Shown here: positions 61,674 through 64,000 of the stretch, one piece after another
Position numbering within the stretch: the first letter of the stretch is position 1
How the letters are laid out: every line of letters begins with the position of its first letter
Assembly: GCA_010093815.1 (NCBI GenBank)
Contig: ML996572.1
Reading direction: 5' to 3' (one strand)
DNA: 64,000 nt
Origin: Pseudovirgaria hyperparasitica
Taxonomy: Eukaryota
Position numbers and translations under genes: made by a program
The notes under the pieces: generated by a model
Told to the model about the DNA's origin: nothing
Database searches by the model: none
The model's input: the letters and a program-made list of their open reading frames with translations, nothing else

Positions 61674-62793
61674 ATGGACTGGTGGAATTGTTCTACGCGA
61701 TTGCCATTGCTCGCATGCCGAAGAAATCATCGCGAGTCCGCCGAGTGAATACATTGCATAGTATTTAGCAGCTCTGTACGGATAATCAGCCTACAGTATG
61801 CGTTGCCGTCGCTTGGTGCTGGCCACAGCACCCATAGTCTATGGCCAGCTTAATTTGAGCTTGTACATCACAGCTGGCGTTCAATGATACCTAACAAACT
61901 TCTGGTTTTGACATATATGCAATTCTCCAAGTGCGTCCCAGATTTGGATTATGGAACCTGTAGACAGTCCATCATAGCTTTAGTACCATCACAGTGCATC
62001 CGTACCGCTAGATAGGGATACATTAGATACGCTGTAATTATGTACACATCTGCCTCGAAGTTTTCATAGCAACTCTGCATTGATTTTGTGCCTTTTGCAA
62101 GCCCTCTATTGTGGTTTTCATGTGTTGTTGAACGTGTCATTGGCGGTTTCATGTTGCAGACGGGAAAGGTATTTTATTGGCGCCAGTGCTACGTACCGCT
62201 TGCACAATGCCGCCCGCCAGCAACAAAATGTTTCATGTTCCATCACCCTCTCCGAGTCTCAGCCCTTCGTTGACTGTTTATATTGATGAGTTGAGACTGG
62301 CAGTATCATGATCGGAGGGCATGGCATCGTGTAAAGGCTGATTGTTGTACACGACCCAGTCAACAATTACGTCCCGAGCGGATGCTGGTGATCAGTCGTG
62401 TTCCAGTAACAATGTTCACGAACAATGCAATAGACATCCGCCACACTTCATCTCAGGTTGTGTCTTATCACCCAAGACTGTCTCCTATTCAATGTTTGCT
62501 GAGTTCGTCAACACACTGGGTAGGTGACATTGTGTCAATTGCTCCCATCCCTACTACTCCACTACTACTACAACTTCCGAGTACCTACGCATCTTCCCTT
62601 CCTCCTTTTTCGTTCCTTCTGCGCTCCCATTCGCAACGGCTTATCCTTCACTGTACACATCTTATCATACTGCTGGTCAGCTTTCGTATTCAGATCTGGA
62701 CATCTTCCACGACTCGCGTCAGGCGCATCTTCTTACCCGCGAGCATTCGCTTTTACTCTCGCATAGTTCCTTTCGAGCATTCGTTAATTCAAT

Positions 62794-63969
62794 ATGCATT
62801 CGTTGGCTTCTACATTAACGTGGGCTCTTATAAGTTCCGTCTATTTCCAACATTGCGCAGCGATTTATACATTGGTCGATGATTACGCCGGGACAAACTT
62901 CTTCTCTGGCTTCGACTTCTTTAGCGACAAAGACCCTACCGATGGATTCGTACAGTACCAGCCAGAACCTGATGCTATCAGCAAAGGCCTCGTTGGCTAT
63001 CTTAAGGATGACCTAGTCCCTGGAGGACAGGCCAATATATCATCCGTCCTCGTAGGCGTCGACTACACCGCAAAGGTCACGGATAAGGGGCGTCCCTCTG
63101 TCCGTCTCGAGGGCAAAAAAGGATACGATACAGGTCTGCTCGTTGCCGACATCCTCCACATGCCCGACTCTATCGATGGGTCCTGGCCTGCGCTATGGCT
63201 GCTAGGCATGGATGCCGAGTGGCCCACAGACGGCGAAATTGACCTCGTCGAAGGCGTGAACAGTGCTGTCAACAATGCTGTTACTCTCCACACCACACCA
63301 GGCTGCTCCATTTCCACCGACAACGGCGGTGGCAAAGCATTCTCCGGTACAGTTGTAACGGACAACTGCGACGTGAACGCGGAGGGCCAGGGCAAGAACG
63401 TCGGCTGCTCCATCTATATGGCCAACAGCACCGGCCCATCTGACCCATTAGCCAACTATGGCACTGCCTTCAACGCCAACGGAGGCGGCATCTACGTCCT
63501 TGAATGGGGCACGAGCGGCATCTCCGCCTGGTTCTTCTCGCGCTCACAAGCATCCACATTCCCACCCTCGCTTCTCGGCCAAACGCCCGACCCAACTGAA
63601 TTCGGCACCCCGGTCGCGCTCTTCAAGGGCGAGTGCGACTATGCGAGCCATTTCCGGAAGCTGCGCATCATCATCAACACCACGTTCTGCGGAGCATGGG
63701 CCGGCCAGGTATGGAACGAACAGGGCTGTGCTGACCGCACAAAGGCCGCGACTTGCGAGGAGTATGTCCAGAATAACCCCGATGCGTTCCAGGAAGCGTA
63801 CTGGGAGTTTAGGGGTCTCAGAGTGTTCGGTGACGGCACGGATACGGAGACTAGGAGGGCGGATGGGAGGTTCAGGAGGGACGTGGTGCGAAGAGAGGAG
63901 CGTGCGAGGATGACTCCACGACACATCGCACGGCCAGGGCAGAAGAGAGCTGTTAAGCTGAGGGTATGA
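62794..63969 (+). CDS. Secreted GH16 endo-1,3(4)-beta-glucanase
   Basis: Signal peptide; FDFFSDKDPTDGFVQY, GRPSVRL, WPALW, catalytic GEIDLVEGVN, INTTFCGAWAG. Confidence 0.93.
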   Translation: MHSLASTLTWALISSVYFQHCAAIYTLVDDYAGTNFFSGFDFFSDKDPTDGFVQYQPEPDAISKGLVGYLKDDLVPGGQANISSVLVGVDYTAKVTDKGRPSVRLEGKKGYDTGLLVADILHMPDSIDGSWPALWLLGMDAEWPTDGEIDLVEGVNSAVNNAVTLHTTPGCSISTDNGGGKAFSGTVVTDNCDVNAEGQGKNVGCSIYMANSTGPSDPLANYGTAFNANGGGIYVLEWGTSGISAWFFSRSQASTFPPSLLGQTPDPTEFGTPVALFKGECDYASHFRKLRIIINTTFCGAWAGQVWNEQGCADRTKAATCEEYVQNNPDAFQEAYWEFRGLRVFGDGTDTETRRADGRFRRDVVRREERARMTPRHIARPGQKRAVKLRV

Positions 63970-64000
63970 CTGGTTTAGAGTAAAGGATTGTAATTTATAT

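Overview
Gene-dense window from a filamentous ascomycete (Pezizomycotina; short GT-AG introns with CTRAC/CTAAT branch points). It holds about 27 spliced protein-coding genes, mostly housekeeping and often in head-to-head pairs: Topors-like RING E3, SDS23, complex I 39/40-kDa subunit, RPN9, GAA1, rhomboid, MOG1, BUD20, aconitase, a BTB protein, a KH RNA-binding protein, CENP-K, MAM33, citrate carrier, GH47 mannosidase, a Grainyhead/CP2 transcription factor, a coiled-coil hypothetical protein, RPL29, GGA adaptor, TSR3, an HsbA-like protein, FluG, SPT10, ureidoglycolate lyase, COG5, VTS1 and a GH16 glucanase. I found no tRNA, rRNA, CRISPR array or intact mobile element. The most notable oddities are: (1) a FluG whose GS-like ligase domain seems to have lost several catalytic residues through G>A/C>T changes while the ORF stays intact; (2) a microsatellite-rich gene desert of about 10 kb around the grainyhead-like gene, with hints of unannotated transcripts; (3) a possible GUG start for the GGA gene; (4) a GC-AG intron, a 13-nt microexon and a CBC:HapX-type promoter motif in aconitase; (5) an 84-residue Q/H tract in SPT10; (6) a perfect 22-bp palindrome upstream of the HsbA gene. 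Gene spans include introns. Product calls come from motif recognition by eye, not from database searches.
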